DNA from: an uncultured archaeon
Lineage (GTDB): Archaea > Asgardarchaeota > Thorarchaeia > Thorarchaeales > Thorarchaeaceae
NCBI GenBank assembly: GCA_964473825.1
Contig: CAYYQL010000016.1
Span: 1-57,059, forward strand
Direction of reading: 5' to 3'
DNA: 57,059 bases
Part shown: positions 24,701-33,914 of the stretch, piece by piece
Numbering within the stretch: position 1 is the first letter of the stretch
Layout: each line of letters opens with the position of its first letter
Notes under the pieces: model-generated
The model's database searches: none
The model's input: only the letters and a program-made list of their open reading frames with translations
What the model was told of the DNA's origin: nothing
Program-made: the position numbers and the translations under genes

Positions 24701-27453
24701 GTTTCTGGAGCCTCCGTGTCAATCCCCACTTCGATTGACTTTGTTTCCTCGACATTGCCTGCTCCATCAATGGAGTAGTAATAGATAGTATAGACTCCGT
24801 CATCTGCCAAAACGAATGGGTCAGTATAGATGATCCAAGATTCTTCGTCAAAGCTGTATAGAGACTCAGATACCCCAGAATATGCATCCGTTGCTGTGAG
24901 AGTGATCGTGACATCTGTATAGTACCACATTGTCGATGTGAAATCGCCCGTCAGAGCTGCAGAGGTCTCAGGTGCACTCTGGTCGATGTAGAATGTGACA
25001 GACTTGGTATCCTCGACATTCCCTGCAAGATCAACTGCTCTGAAGTAGACTACAAGGACACCTTCATCCCCGACGAGTATTGGCCCATCGTAGAGCTGCC
25101 AGAGCGGCGCAATAGTTGCAGGTTTAATCATTGTCGAACTGCTCGGCCCACTTCCGGAAGTATCGCCAGACACTTCAACGTGATACTCAATGTAGTCTAC
25201 TCCCAGACCGGTCTTTTCTGGATAGTCCACTGCCGTGAGAGTCACTGTGACCTCCGAGGTATACCACTCGTTCAACCCCCTCTCTCCCGATACGTCTGCA
25301 GTGGTCTCCGGTGGTTCAATATCTTGTACGACAGCAAGAGTGAAGGTATCGGACAGAACCCCTCCCCCTTCCACGGTAACCTCTAATGGATAGAACTGCT
25401 CAACCAGCGGAGTCGCGTTTTCAATGACTCCGTCGTTGCTCACCGTGAACCGAGTATCATTGATGCTCCAGGTAAGGTCAGGCCAGGATGACTCGGCGTC
25501 GAGGTCATAGATGAATGGTTCGATAGTCTCCATCTGCTGATCAGTGGGGGCAGTCACCCAGTACAACGGGAATACTGGAGTCGGGTCGTGGTTACCTGTG
25601 AATGCATACGGGGTATCACCAATTCCGTCATTGTTCAGGTCAACTCCAGTGTACCCCCACCATGCATTCTGTTGGAAGACGTTTCCACTTCCATGGTCTA
25701 CGGCATCAGCAGTTCGACCCCTGAAGACATTGCCCCGGAAACCACAATCTGCTGTACCTGCACCAAGATACACTCCATAATCGTTGTATGAGAGGATGTT
25801 GTTTTCTAGCCATCCAATTCCGTCTGGGTCCACGGACCCTGTACAGTCCTCAAGAACGAGCCCATGACCCCCATTGGCAGAGCAGTTGTTCGAACTGAGA
25901 GAGAACTCGTGCACATTGTAGAGGTGGATGGCATCGGATCCAGACTCGGTTATTCTATTGTCTGAGATTTGCACATTCCGTGAGTTCTCGGCGTAGACTC
26001 CGAACTCTTGGCTGCCCGTGATAGTATTGAGACTCATCAGGCACCCCGCCTGTGAAAGAAAGACTCCCACATCATTATTCATGAACTGATTATCAACGAT
26101 GTTCGCGAATGGTTCAGCGTACGGTTCTGATACGTCCGCCTGAAGCAGGACGCCATGGCCAGTCTCAGAGATTGTGTTCTGTTCAACAGTCACAATCGTG
26201 TTCACGTTTTCAATATGAACTCCCGATGTTCCATATGAGAGATGGCAATTCTGAATGGCAACATGTTTTGACATCAGGTGATTGATGCTGATACAGGCAT
26301 CAGTGCCGCCTTCAATGCGGTAGTTTTCAAATACATACGGGTTGCTTGAACTACCATCTCCTACCCAACCCTCTCCCAGTGCTCTTTCTTCAAGATCAGA
26401 GTCGCCATCAATGACAAGCGGGAGTCGGTAACCGTTGAGCCATATCCTGGGATGGTGGTCCTCGAAACTTGGTCCTGTGTGGGGCGTGTCACCAATACCA
26501 TCATAGTCTGCATCAACACCCTCGTAGTCTGACCAGAGGTTTGAGTCCACATTGCTGGCGCTGAGGGCGATGCCGAATTCTGCGTTGACTTCATTGTTCA
26601 GTAGGATGTTTCTCAAGAGAGTTGTGTCTGTCGCATCCTGAATGCTTAATCCTTTTCCGAGATTACGGCGAATCACATTCTCGGTGATTGATGTCTGATC
26701 GGAGAACACAACCTTGATGCCGACATCACTGGAGAAACCTATTGTATTCCGATGGATAGTGTTTCGCTGGGAGCGAATCACCTTATCAGCGATGGCATCA
26801 TATATGTGATCGATTTGAATGCCGAATGCACAGCCATTGCATGTGTTATCCTCTATTATATTGTCAGAAGATCCGCGAACGACAATCCCTTCGGCAGAAC
26901 CACTGAGATCATTGCCCTCTATGATGATGAAACTTGACGTAAAACTTTCACTAAACTGGTCACGTGCACCTAGTGCTATCCCGATCTGGTTGCCAGGTAA
27001 GATATTGTTTTTCAGTTCGCCATTCTGTACGCCAATGAGGCGTATGCCACACCCCTCGCCGTAACCGTCGTCGATGCTTGCTCCCTTCAGCAGACAGTCA
27101 GATATTTGGAAATGAACGTCAGTTCCCTCGATTGTGATACAGCTACCCGACCCTCCACCGACATCAATCTCTAGGCCTGATATTACATAGGGGTCGTCAG
27201 CAGTTCCTGAGCCTGGCCATCCATTCTCTTGAGCCATTAAAGTAAATTCGCTGTTGCCTGTGATTGTGATGGGCGAATGCTGCTCCCTACCAGAAGCAGA
27301 GTATCTTGATTCTGGGTTGCTTTCTACAAGGTATTCCCTGTAATCATTCTCGCGGGTCTGCAAGGTGGACGACAGAATTGGGGCAGCACTCAGTAGTACT
27401 GTCAAGAATCCAAGTAATGCTAGAAACAAGAATACGTTTCTTCTCGTGCCCAT
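21775..27453 (-). CDS. Giant secreted/surface protein: two NosD-like right-handed beta-helices, nine Ig-like repeats, C-terminal beta domain
   Basis: Signal-like MGTRRNVFLFLALLGFLTVLL (ATG 27453); GWPGSGTADDPYVI, N.I..N repeats, N.WSDY.G.D...DGIGDTP twice; D..PP.T repeats; FVTGGGWI. Confidence 0.85.
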   Translation of the reverse strand: MGTRRNVFLFLALLGFLTVLLSAAPILSSTLQTRENDYREYLVESNPESRYSASGREQHSPITITGNSEFTLMAQENGWPGSGTADDPYVISGLEIDVGGGSGSCITIEGTDVHFQISDCLLKGASIDDGYGEGCGIRLIGVQNGELKNNILPGNQIGIALGARDQFSESFTSSFIIIEGNDLSGSAEGIVVRGSSDNIIEDNTCNGCAFGIQIDHIYDAIADKVIRSQRNTIHRNTIGFSSDVGIKVVFSDQTSITENVIRRNLGKGLSIQDATDTTLLRNILLNNEVNAEFGIALSASNVDSNLWSDYEGVDADYDGIGDTPHTGPSFEDHHPRIWLNGYRLPLVIDGDSDLEERALGEGWVGDGSSSNPYVFENYRIEGGTDACISINHLMSKHVAIQNCHLSYGTSGVHIENVNTIVTVEQNTISETGHGVLLQADVSEPYAEPFANIVDNQFMNNDVGVFLSQAGCLMSLNTITGSQEFGVYAENSRNVQISDNRITESGSDAIHLYNVHEFSLSSNNCSANGGHGLVLEDCTGSVDPDGIGWLENNILSYNDYGVYLGAGTADCGFRGNVFRGRTADAVDHGSGNVFQQNAWWGYTGVDLNNDGIGDTPYAFTGNHDPTPVFPLYWVTAPTDQQMETIEPFIYDLDAESSWPDLTWSINDTRFTVSNDGVIENATPLVEQFYPLEVTVEGGGVLSDTFTLAVVQDIEPPETTADVSGERGLNEWYTSEVTVTLTAVDYPEKTGLGVDYIEYHVEVSGDTSGSGPSSSTMIKPATIAPLWQLYDGPILVGDEGVLVVYFRAVDLAGNVEDTKSVTFYIDQSAPETSAALTGDFTSTMWYYTDVTITLTATDAYSGVSESLYSFDEESWIIYTDPFVLADDGVYTIYYYSIDGAGNVEETKSIEVGIDTEAPETSAEIEGVAGNQQYYLSEVTVTLTSSDATSGVNSIWYSLDQETWGLYDGPFTVTMEGQTVFYYYATDNAGNEEPVRSTTIIIDTVSPATTVELEGESTESGWFTSEVLVTLSATDTGSGVEQTAYSFDGNAWLAYDSPFTISLPGITTVYYNSTDVAGNTEITKTVEIRIDGTPPETSITLTGTKGLNEWYISEVEVSLIAVDAEGSQVVTTYSLDGESWIIYTEPFVISTEGIHIIHYNSTDEAGNVEDTRTETVRIDLTRPEGGIHLVGQEGMSDWYLSDVEVTIIATDSPSGILHVRYSLNNGPWMDYNGPFTITTESSNFVEWELVDRAGWTEDGSFAVNIDKTPPTTSLSYEQISGMGSIVTLTAIDSVSGLAAISYSTEGVTWSTYSEPFLLSEGGIVPVYFNATDVAGNVEEPKMELVEVDVLPPETSISLDGDLGLEGWYISDVIVSLSAVDDLMGVDRIAYSFDGLVWTEYSSPFVITDDGLTVIYFNATDLVGNREDTKVEEIRIDKTAPTTTLTISPEPYSTDPIYVTTLSEFELEAADSLPGSGVERTEYRVSEGSWIIYDSPFVIDSIGHYELHYRSIDVAGNEEAIQSVTIIVNATTIHYVGETSGVYSDPVHLKATLVDLASQSPIPGATVVFSIGNQFVSAITDSDGNASAILILEQPAGVYTVSALFDEGDVYLASSDQTDFIIHRENAEVHYTGSTVVPTTAESIWLRATVFDDDDGYWGNLTTVYVTFCIYLTTNDEITLLQSVGPYAVEMANIEGVGSTVGEIPNLPEGDYLVVVILEKEYNNYYEAPDSEGVSITVFAPTRDFVTGGGWIWDKNGQRSHFAFVIRYDKRGMTKGQVVYTYIEGDWLHIVKSRTILGLAIEEEHAFFEGTGFIVKLNLRTGCLIWTNEEYMFRIDVWDKGKRGREDVFQIRILDPHGIVYHENGFDHSGNLGGGNITIHYSKKNCMRCCKRKKRR
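22885..25329 (-). repeat. Nine tandem ~85-90 aa Ig-like protein repeats
   Basis: Recurring D..PPET....G..G...WY.S.V.VTL.A.D..SGV....YS.D...W..Y..PF.....G...(Y)...D.AGN.E. Confidence 0.85.
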
Positions 27454-27941
27454 TGATACTCTCTCTCCTTCAGTGGGAGTGTCTTTGATGTGACTCAAGA
27501 TCGGTCGAAACACAGCCGCCAAGGGGTTGCTGTATTTGGTCTTCTCCCCTAAGCAACTCTTGTATTGTGCGTATAAACATCATATTAGTCTTCGCTCCCT
27601 TTTTCTTTTTCGAGAGCGGTCTGAAAAAATACGCATCGGCACTCGTCATATGATCCCTAGCCAGATTTCACCGGGGCCGGAGGCAGGAAGTCTTAAGCAT
27701 GCCTCCATCACTCGGCTCTCAACAAGGTCAGCATAATTCAGAAGATGTCACTGAGTAAGACAAGAGATCTAAGAGAGGCTGGGGTTGGTGTCGTCTAGCC
27801 ATTGTTGCGGGACTAATTTGCCGGAGGACCCCTTACCACGATCTTATCGGTTTCGCTTGGTTTCTGTAGTCATCACGGTTAGGTGTTCATTGTATGCTGG
27901 ACAAACTTACCAGAGAGTTATTCCCCAGATAACGGCACTGG

Positions 27942-27968
27942 GTGTTACAAAATTCCAAAAAGTAACAC
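27942..27968. promoter_or_regulatory. Perfect palindromic operator GTGTTAC-N13-GTAACAC (NikR-like) abutting a TATA box
   Basis: GTGTTAC at 27942-27948, A-rich 13-nt spacer, GTAACAC at 27962-27968, TTATAT at 27969-27974; about 50 nt upstream of the ABC operon. Confidence 0.7.
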
Positions 27969-28019
27969 TTATATGAATCTGAACTCGGGAAAACTCAGGA
28001 ACTCGTGGGACGTATCCAG

Positions 28020-29114
28020 ATGCAAAAAAGCAAGATCTTTGCCATTGTAGCAATAATTGTAATCATGACAGCTGCCGTCGGCACTGTTTATGTCATCACC
28101 GAAAACATGGGGCCTTTTCAACCAACGGAAACAACAGTCACGGATGCCTTGGGGAGAACAGTAAACATTCCACAACAGTTAGACTCGATCTTCTGTATAG
28201 GCGCAGCTTCCTTGAGGTTAGTATCCTATTTCGAAGCGGTTGAAAAAGTTCAGGCTCTAGAGCCTGCTGGGACTTTCAATACCCGTCTCGACCAGACCTA
28301 TTACCTAGTCAACAATGAAGCATTCTCTGAACTGCCACAAGTAGCCACCACTCCTGAAGCTATTATAGACCTAGACCCCAGTCTCATTATCACCTCTAGA
28401 GCGCAGGATGCAGCAACCGCTGACACACTTCAAACCCAAACCAACATCTCTGTTTACGTCATTAACGCTGACCTAGAATTCGGGCAAGCTTTCTATGACC
28501 AGATCACCTCTCTCGGTACTTTGTTTGGTGAACCTGCGAGAGCTACCCAACTCAATGAAGGCATTGCTAACATGATCAGCGACATTGTATCCGAAGCAAC
28601 TACTGCCAGCAACGAGAGCGCATATGCCTGCGGCATGTTCTTTTATGGCGGAGCATCATTTCTGAAAGGATCTGGTAACTACCTCCCCTTCGATTATTCC
28701 AATATTGCCAACGCCATCGAACCTGCTTCTAATGGTCAACCATATACCATCACGCTAGAAACACTAATCGATGCTAACCCCGACTACATATTCATAGACA
28801 GCATAGATCTGGACGGTGTTATCGGCTCGATTAACGGATACATTGATGCGATGACCGGATTAGAGAATGTATCCGCAGTGGTGAACGGCCAACTCTATTC
28901 AACCATGATCTACAAGTGCTACGGCACGAATTGGGAAAACCAGTTGATGAATGTCTACTACGTCGCATCGACTGTGAACGGACACCTTTACTCTTGGAAT
29001 TTCGAGGAGAAAGCAAACGAAATCATCCAGCTCTTCTATCCCGGAACCACAGTGGATTATTCAGGAATCGTAGATGCTCAATCAGGTACTGGATGCGCCC
29101 CAGTCACATTGTGA
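28020..29114 (+). CDS. Metal-chelate (FecB/BtuF-type) ABC substrate-binding protein
   Basis: N-terminal membrane anchor; VTDALGRTVNIP, PEAIIDLDPSLII, LETLIDANPDYIFID, SAVVNGQLY. Confidence 0.88.
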   Translation: MQKSKIFAIVAIIVIMTAAVGTVYVITENMGPFQPTETTVTDALGRTVNIPQQLDSIFCIGAASLRLVSYFEAVEKVQALEPAGTFNTRLDQTYYLVNNEAFSELPQVATTPEAIIDLDPSLIITSRAQDAATADTLQTQTNISVYVINADLEFGQAFYDQITSLGTLFGEPARATQLNEGIANMISDIVSEATTASNESAYACGMFFYGGASFLKGSGNYLPFDYSNIANAIEPASNGQPYTITLETLIDANPDYIFIDSIDLDGVIGSINGYIDAMTGLENVSAVVNGQLYSTMIYKCYGTNWENQLMNVYYVASTVNGHLYSWNFEEKANEIIQLFYPGTTVDYSGIVDAQSGTGCAPVTL

Positions 29115-29169
29115 ATGGTCAACAAGGCCGTTCTCCAATTTCCAATGGTGCTGTTAAGGACCGAGTAAA

Positions 29170-30282
29170 ATGCCAATAATGAAGCACAACAATGAACAGG
29201 ATGCATTCGACATCTATGAGGAGAACGAAGAAGGCGACAATCAAGCTTCAAAGATGTACCAAGGATTCGTGAAGAGGAAACGCCTTTTCCTTATAGTTGG
29301 GCTTCTAGTGCTAACTCTTTGCGTAATAGTAGCAGCTCAGAACGGACCGATGGAAATCCCTTTTCTGGACGTCGTTATGCATATCTTCACCTTTGACAGT
29401 TCGGGAATGGGCCGTATCGTTTGGAACATCCGTATGGTAAGGATTGTCGGGGCTATGGCTGCAGGCGCTGGCTTGGCAGTGACCGGGGTGGTGTTGCAGT
29501 GTATCCTCCGAAACCCCTTAGCATCATCATATACTTTAGGAATATCTAGCGCCTCAGCCTTTGGGGCGTCCTTTGCTATCATCTTTCTAGGCGCCGGTAG
29601 CAGCATGACCTCAACAGTCTACATCTTCAACCCCTATGCAACAACGATATGTGCGTTCCTGTTCTCTCTATTGGCGACAGGATCCATACTGGCCCTCACT
29701 AAGATCACGAGAGTGAGCGCAGAAACAATGATACTCTCGGGGATAGCCATCAGTGTAATGTTCTCTGCCGGTTTATCCTTTATGCAATATATAGCCACAG
29801 ATTCACAGTTAGGCAACATTGTGGCTTGGACCTTTGGTGATCTAGGGAAAGCAACGTGGTCATGGAACATGTTGATTATCTTGGTGCTTCTTCCATGTTC
29901 ACTTTACTTCTTCTACAGAAGATGGGATTATAATGCGCTGGAAGCGGGCGAAGACACTGCCAAAGGGTTAGGTGTCAAAACCGAAGAAGAGAGAATCCTG
30001 AGTATGCTTTTGACTTCAGTTCTAGCTGCAGTCATAGTTTCCTTCTTCGGAATCATTGCTTTCATAGGTCTTCTGGCACCCCATATCGCGCGAATGCTTA
30101 TCGGTGGCGACCACCGCTACCTCATCCCCTTTTCCATGATCCTTGGAGCTATCATTCTACTGATAGCGGATGGAGTTGGACTAGTCATCCTCTACCCCTC
30201 CGTCATACCCGTGGGCATCATCACTTCGATGTGTGGAGGACCACTTTTCATTTACCTCTTGATCAGGAGATACAGGCAATGA
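29170..30282 (+). CDS. FecCD/BtuC-family ABC permease
   Basis: IVWNIRMVR, Q.ILRNPLA..YTLGISS, GEDTAKGLGV, GIIAFIGLLAPHIAR, PVGIITS..GGP.FIYLL. Confidence 0.93.
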   Translation: MPIMKHNNEQDAFDIYEENEEGDNQASKMYQGFVKRKRLFLIVGLLVLTLCVIVAAQNGPMEIPFLDVVMHIFTFDSSGMGRIVWNIRMVRIVGAMAAGAGLAVTGVVLQCILRNPLASSYTLGISSASAFGASFAIIFLGAGSSMTSTVYIFNPYATTICAFLFSLLATGSILALTKITRVSAETMILSGIAISVMFSAGLSFMQYIATDSQLGNIVAWTFGDLGKATWSWNMLIILVLLPCSLYFFYRRWDYNALEAGEDTAKGLGVKTEEERILSMLLTSVLAAVIVSFFGIIAFIGLLAPHIARMLIGGDHRYLIPFSMILGAIILLIADGVGLVILYPSVIPVGIITSMCGGPLFIYLLIRRYRQ

Positions 30283-31052
30283 TGTTCTTCGAAGTGAACG
30301 GCATCAGTTTCTCCTACGGTAGCAGAAGGGTCTTAGACGACGTTTCATTTACTGTGGAGAGAGGTGACATCCTCTCCATCTTAGGCCCAAACGGCGTTGG
30401 AAAAACCACCTTGATTAAGTGCATAAACAAAGTACTCACTTCAGAAACAGGTACCGTATTCATCGAGGGAGTAAATCTTCACCAGATGCGGAGAAGGGAC
30501 ATCGCCAAGAACATAGGATACGTCCCACAAAAAAGCGAACCATCCAGAACCACAGTGTTCGATTCGGTCCTATTGGGACGGAAACCGCATTTTGAATGGG
30601 ATGCCTCCAAAAAGGACATTCGATTGGCTGGAAGAGCGCTTCATCTCTTAGGCTTGGATGAACTAGCACTGAAATATGTTGATGAAATTAGTGGAGGAGA
30701 GTACCAGTTGGTTCAGATTGCGAGAGTGCTGGTTCAACAACCCAAAGTGATGCTCCTAGACGAACAAACAAACAGTCTTGACCTCTCTAACCAGCACATG
30801 ATCATGAATCTGATCCGAAATATCGTTGAAAAGAACCATATAGCCGCCATCATGATCAGTCACGACCTGAACTTGGCTATCCGCTATTGCAACAGATTTG
30901 TCTTGATGAAGGACGGCATGGTTTATGCAGCAGGAGCCCATGAGGTCATCACTCCCGAGAACATCAAGGCCGTGTACAACACCGATGCGTATGTGGAAAA
31001 CGTGCGGGGGATACCTGTAGTTCTCCCCCTAGACATGGAGGCAAAGCATTGA
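30279..31052 (+). CDS. FecE/BtuD-family ABC ATPase
   Basis: GPNGVGKTT, YVPQ, ISGGE, LLDE, SHDLNLA; ATGA overlap with the permease. Confidence 0.93.
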   Translation: MMFFEVNGISFSYGSRRVLDDVSFTVERGDILSILGPNGVGKTTLIKCINKVLTSETGTVFIEGVNLHQMRRRDIAKNIGYVPQKSEPSRTTVFDSVLLGRKPHFEWDASKKDIRLAGRALHLLGLDELALKYVDEISGGEYQLVQIARVLVQQPKVMLLDEQTNSLDLSNQHMIMNLIRNIVEKNHIAAIMISHDLNLAIRYCNRFVLMKDGMVYAAGAHEVITPENIKAVYNTDAYVENVRGIPVVLPLDMEAKH

Positions 31053-31663
31053 ATTCGACGAGGATTCATCCAAAACAGAAGGACTTCTTCAACGAGAAAG
31101 CCGAGGTATGGGACGAAATCAGCATCCACGATCTCGAAAAAGTTGAGTATATCGTTGAGTTACAGAAAATAAACAGCGGAGATAAGATACTGGATGTTGG
31201 TACCGGCACTGGGATCATGATACCGTTTTACGAAAAACATCTAATAGACGGCAGTGTTGTTGCAATAGATTATGCAGAGAAGATGATTGCAGTAGCCCGC
31301 TCGAAATATCCTGAAGAGGAGCATCCTATGATTTCCTTTTTGGTTTCTGATGTTTACGATCTAGAATACTATGAGGAATTCGATTTGGTCATGTGCTATT
31401 CTTGCCTTCCCCATTTTGTTGACAAACCTTTAGCTATCCAGATATTATCTAAGGCTCTTAAGAAAGGAGGGCGTTTAGTAGTAGCGCACTCCGATTCAGC
31501 AGATGAAATAAACGGCGTCCATATGAACACTGGTGGAGAGATAAAGAACGATTTCTTACCCGACATGCAACAGCTTGAACAGATAATGAAGGAGAATGGG
31601 CTTAGAGTTAGATTCTCAAGGGATGATGAAAGTTATTTCATCTGTATCGCAAGAAAGCATTAA
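31049..31663 (+). CDS. Class I SAM-dependent methyltransferase
   Basis: ILDVGTGTG, AIDYAEKM, FDLVMC, LKKGGRLVV; TTGA overlap. Confidence 0.88.
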   Translation: MNSTRIHPKQKDFFNEKAEVWDEISIHDLEKVEYIVELQKINSGDKILDVGTGTGIMIPFYEKHLIDGSVVAIDYAEKMIAVARSKYPEEEHPMISFLVSDVYDLEYYEEFDLVMCYSCLPHFVDKPLAIQILSKALKKGGRLVVAHSDSADEINGVHMNTGGEIKNDFLPDMQQLEQIMKENGLRVRFSRDDESYFICIARKH

Positions 31664-31746
31664 CATAATACTCCCAAATAGAACATGCCGTGACAGCATG
31701 CAGGTAGCCTTCTATCTTAGACTCTCTCTTCATGTGATACGGCGCC

Positions 31747-31971
31747 CTAGAGGCCAATGCAGGTCTCTGTCTGCGCGACCCCTGGAATCTCATGGATTTC
31801 AAAAATCACGCCTCTATACTCAGCGCGGTCCGGAAGATCAACATATGCAATAACGTCGTATGGCCCGGTCACAAGATGAACCTGCTTGACGCCGCTTAGC
31901 TTACTAATCTCTTCGTAGACCTCTTTCGCTTTTCCACCTGTGACATGAATGAGAACAATTGCAATAACCAT
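31747..31971 (-). CDS. Stand-alone Lrp/AsnC ligand-binding (RAM) domain protein
   Basis: VHLVTGPYDVIAYV, IHEIPGVAQTETCI. Confidence 0.85.
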   Translation of the reverse strand: MVIAIVLIHVTGGKAKEVYEEISKLSGVKQVHLVTGPYDVIAYVDLPDRAEYRGVIFEIHEIPGVAQTETCIGL

Positions 31972-32406
31972 CGCGATTCGACTTCACCATTATTATGACA
32001 CGAGAGATAATATGCATTCTTCCCGGCCTGAAGAAAGTGAAGGTAGTTAAGAGCTCACAGTATGGTGGGAACAAGTCTCCTCCGAACACCGAAATGTTTT
32101 GGTCGTCAGGCTAGTCTGTAGTTTTCGTGTATGGGCAATGGGCTTGGAATCTTCTGGTTGTGCATTCATTGCGGTCTGCTCCTCCGATTCTGAACTTCAA
32201 GCTCTTACCTTGGGTTGGCGCATAGTAGTAGACACCAGAATAGAATATGATGCGAGACGACCCTTGGGCAAGTGGTTTGTAGACGGCAAAGCACGACAAT
32301 CCAACCATATGTCGATTTGTTCCAAAAGGTATATTATCCTCCGAAAGGGACTAAGCCGACAATAACCGTCTTCGGCTATGTCATATCGGTTCAGGAGAAG
32401 ACCGGA

Positions 32407-33201
32407 TTGTCCTCAACTAACGATTTCATCCTTAGCACGAGCGAGCTGACCAAGAGCTTCGGCGGACTGATTGCAGTCAACGATGTTAGCCTTGACATAG
32501 AACGAGGTTCAGTAAAGGCAATCATTGGTCCCAACGGTTCCGGAAAGACCACATTCTTCAATCTCGTCACAGGGGCCCTCTCTCCCTCGTCTGGAAGAAT
32601 CTACTTCGAAGGCGAAGATATCACTCGTCTGTCGATGCATCAACGTACGCGAAAGGGCATATCAAGATCATATCAGATCACCAACATCTTCCCCTATCAG
32701 ACGGCCTTTGAAAACATCAGATTGGCAGCTCAGGGCTGCAGTGGAGCAAGAGTGAATTTTCTTGCGATGCTAAAGAAAGCGGGCTCGTTTGGCAAATTCC
32801 ATGAGAAAGTGATTGACATAGCAACCATTGTTGGTCTGGATCCTTCAAAGCTCTATATCCCGGCAGCCCTGATACCACATGCCGAACAGCGAAAGCTAGA
32901 GATTGCAATGGCTCTTGCCACAGAGCCAAGACTCCTGTTGCTTGACGAACCAGCGGCTGGAATGGCCATTGAAGAGATACCAGATGTGATTGATGCCATC
33001 TTGCGGGTTAAGGAATCCTATGGCGACCAACTGACCTTACTGGTCGTTGAGCACAAAATGGACATCGTCATGCAGCTCAGCGAGGAAATCGTGGTGCTTT
33101 CAGAGGGGAAGATGATAGCCAAAGGGTCTCCAAAGGAGATTCAAGAGAATGAAGAAGTACTGACTGCTTATTTGGGTGGGACAGATGAAAAACTTGCTTG
33201 A
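32407..33201 (+). CDS. livG: Liv-type ABC ATPase (LivG-like)
   Basis: TTG 32407 after AGGAG; KSFGGLIAV, GPNGSGKTT, LLLDEPAAG, VEHKM, AYLG. Confidence 0.9.
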   Translation: MSSTNDFILSTSELTKSFGGLIAVNDVSLDIERGSVKAIIGPNGSGKTTFFNLVTGALSPSSGRIYFEGEDITRLSMHQRTRKGISRSYQITNIFPYQTAFENIRLAAQGCSGARVNFLAMLKKAGSFGKFHEKVIDIATIVGLDPSKLYIPAALIPHAEQRKLEIAMALATEPRLLLLDEPAAGMAIEEIPDVIDAILRVKESYGDQLTLLVVEHKMDIVMQLSEEIVVLSEGKMIAKGSPKEIQENEEVLTAYLGGTDEKLA

Positions 33202-33904
33202 GATCACAGACGCTCACGTATACATTGGTTCCTTCTATATACTGCAAGGAATCTCCCTAGTCGTGCCAAAGGGCGAGGTCACCCTCTTGCTCGGGAGGAA
33301 TGGCTCGGGAAAGACAACAACTATGAAGACCATCCTTGGTCTCTACCCACCTAGGCAAGGGAGTATTGTCTTCAAAGGGGAAGAAATATCCAAACTGCCA
33401 ACACACGAGATTGTGAGCCGAGGGATCGGATACGTTCCTGACACCAGAAGGATATTCGGAACTCTGACCGTTGAGCAGAACCTGATTGTATCAATGCGGA
33501 AGGGAGGGCTTGAGGGTGATATCCAAGAACGACTGGACTTCATCTTTGACCTGTTTCCAGATCTGAAACGATTCTATAAGCAAAGGGCACGTTCCCTGTC
33601 GGGCGGGCAACAGCAGATGTTGGCCGTGGCTCGCGCATTGATGAATGAGAATGACCTATTGCTAATCGATGAACCCACTGAGGGCCTGAGCCCTCTTCTG
33701 GTCAAGAACCTGATAAATGCCCTTGATCGCCTCAAAGAGTTCGCCACAATCTTGCTGGTTGAACAGAACTTTCGAACCGTGTCCAAGCTTGGTGACAACT
33801 ACTACATCTTCGATAGTGGGAAGATTGTTCATGAGGGTGACAACATGGCTGAGTTGGTCGACAACAAGGAGCTTGTTGCACAGTACCTGGGAGTAAGCTT
33901 ATGA
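33185..33904 (+). CDS. livF: Liv-type ABC ATPase (LivF-like)
   Basis: GRNGSGKTT, LSGGQQQMLAVARAL, DEPTEGLSP, LLVEQN, YLGV. Confidence 0.92.
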   Translation: MKNLLEITDAHVYIGSFYILQGISLVVPKGEVTLLLGRNGSGKTTTMKTILGLYPPRQGSIVFKGEEISKLPTHEIVSRGIGYVPDTRRIFGTLTVEQNLIVSMRKGGLEGDIQERLDFIFDLFPDLKRFYKQRARSLSGGQQQMLAVARALMNENDLLLIDEPTEGLSPLLVKNLINALDRLKEFATILLVEQNFRTVSKLGDNYYIFDSGKIVHEGDNMAELVDNKELVAQYLGVSL

Positions 33905-33914
33905 TGAGAAGAAG

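Noticed and set aside
22885-25329. Repeats as CRISPR array or mobile-element signature
   Set aside because: They are degenerate in-frame protein-domain repeats with no identical DNA repeats or spacers; no cas or transposase genes
27530-27940. Possible cobalamin riboswitch upstream of the BtuF/FecB-like operon
   Set aside because: No recognisable B12-box or conserved core by eye; the palindromic operator explains regulation better. An Infernal/Rfam scan would settle it
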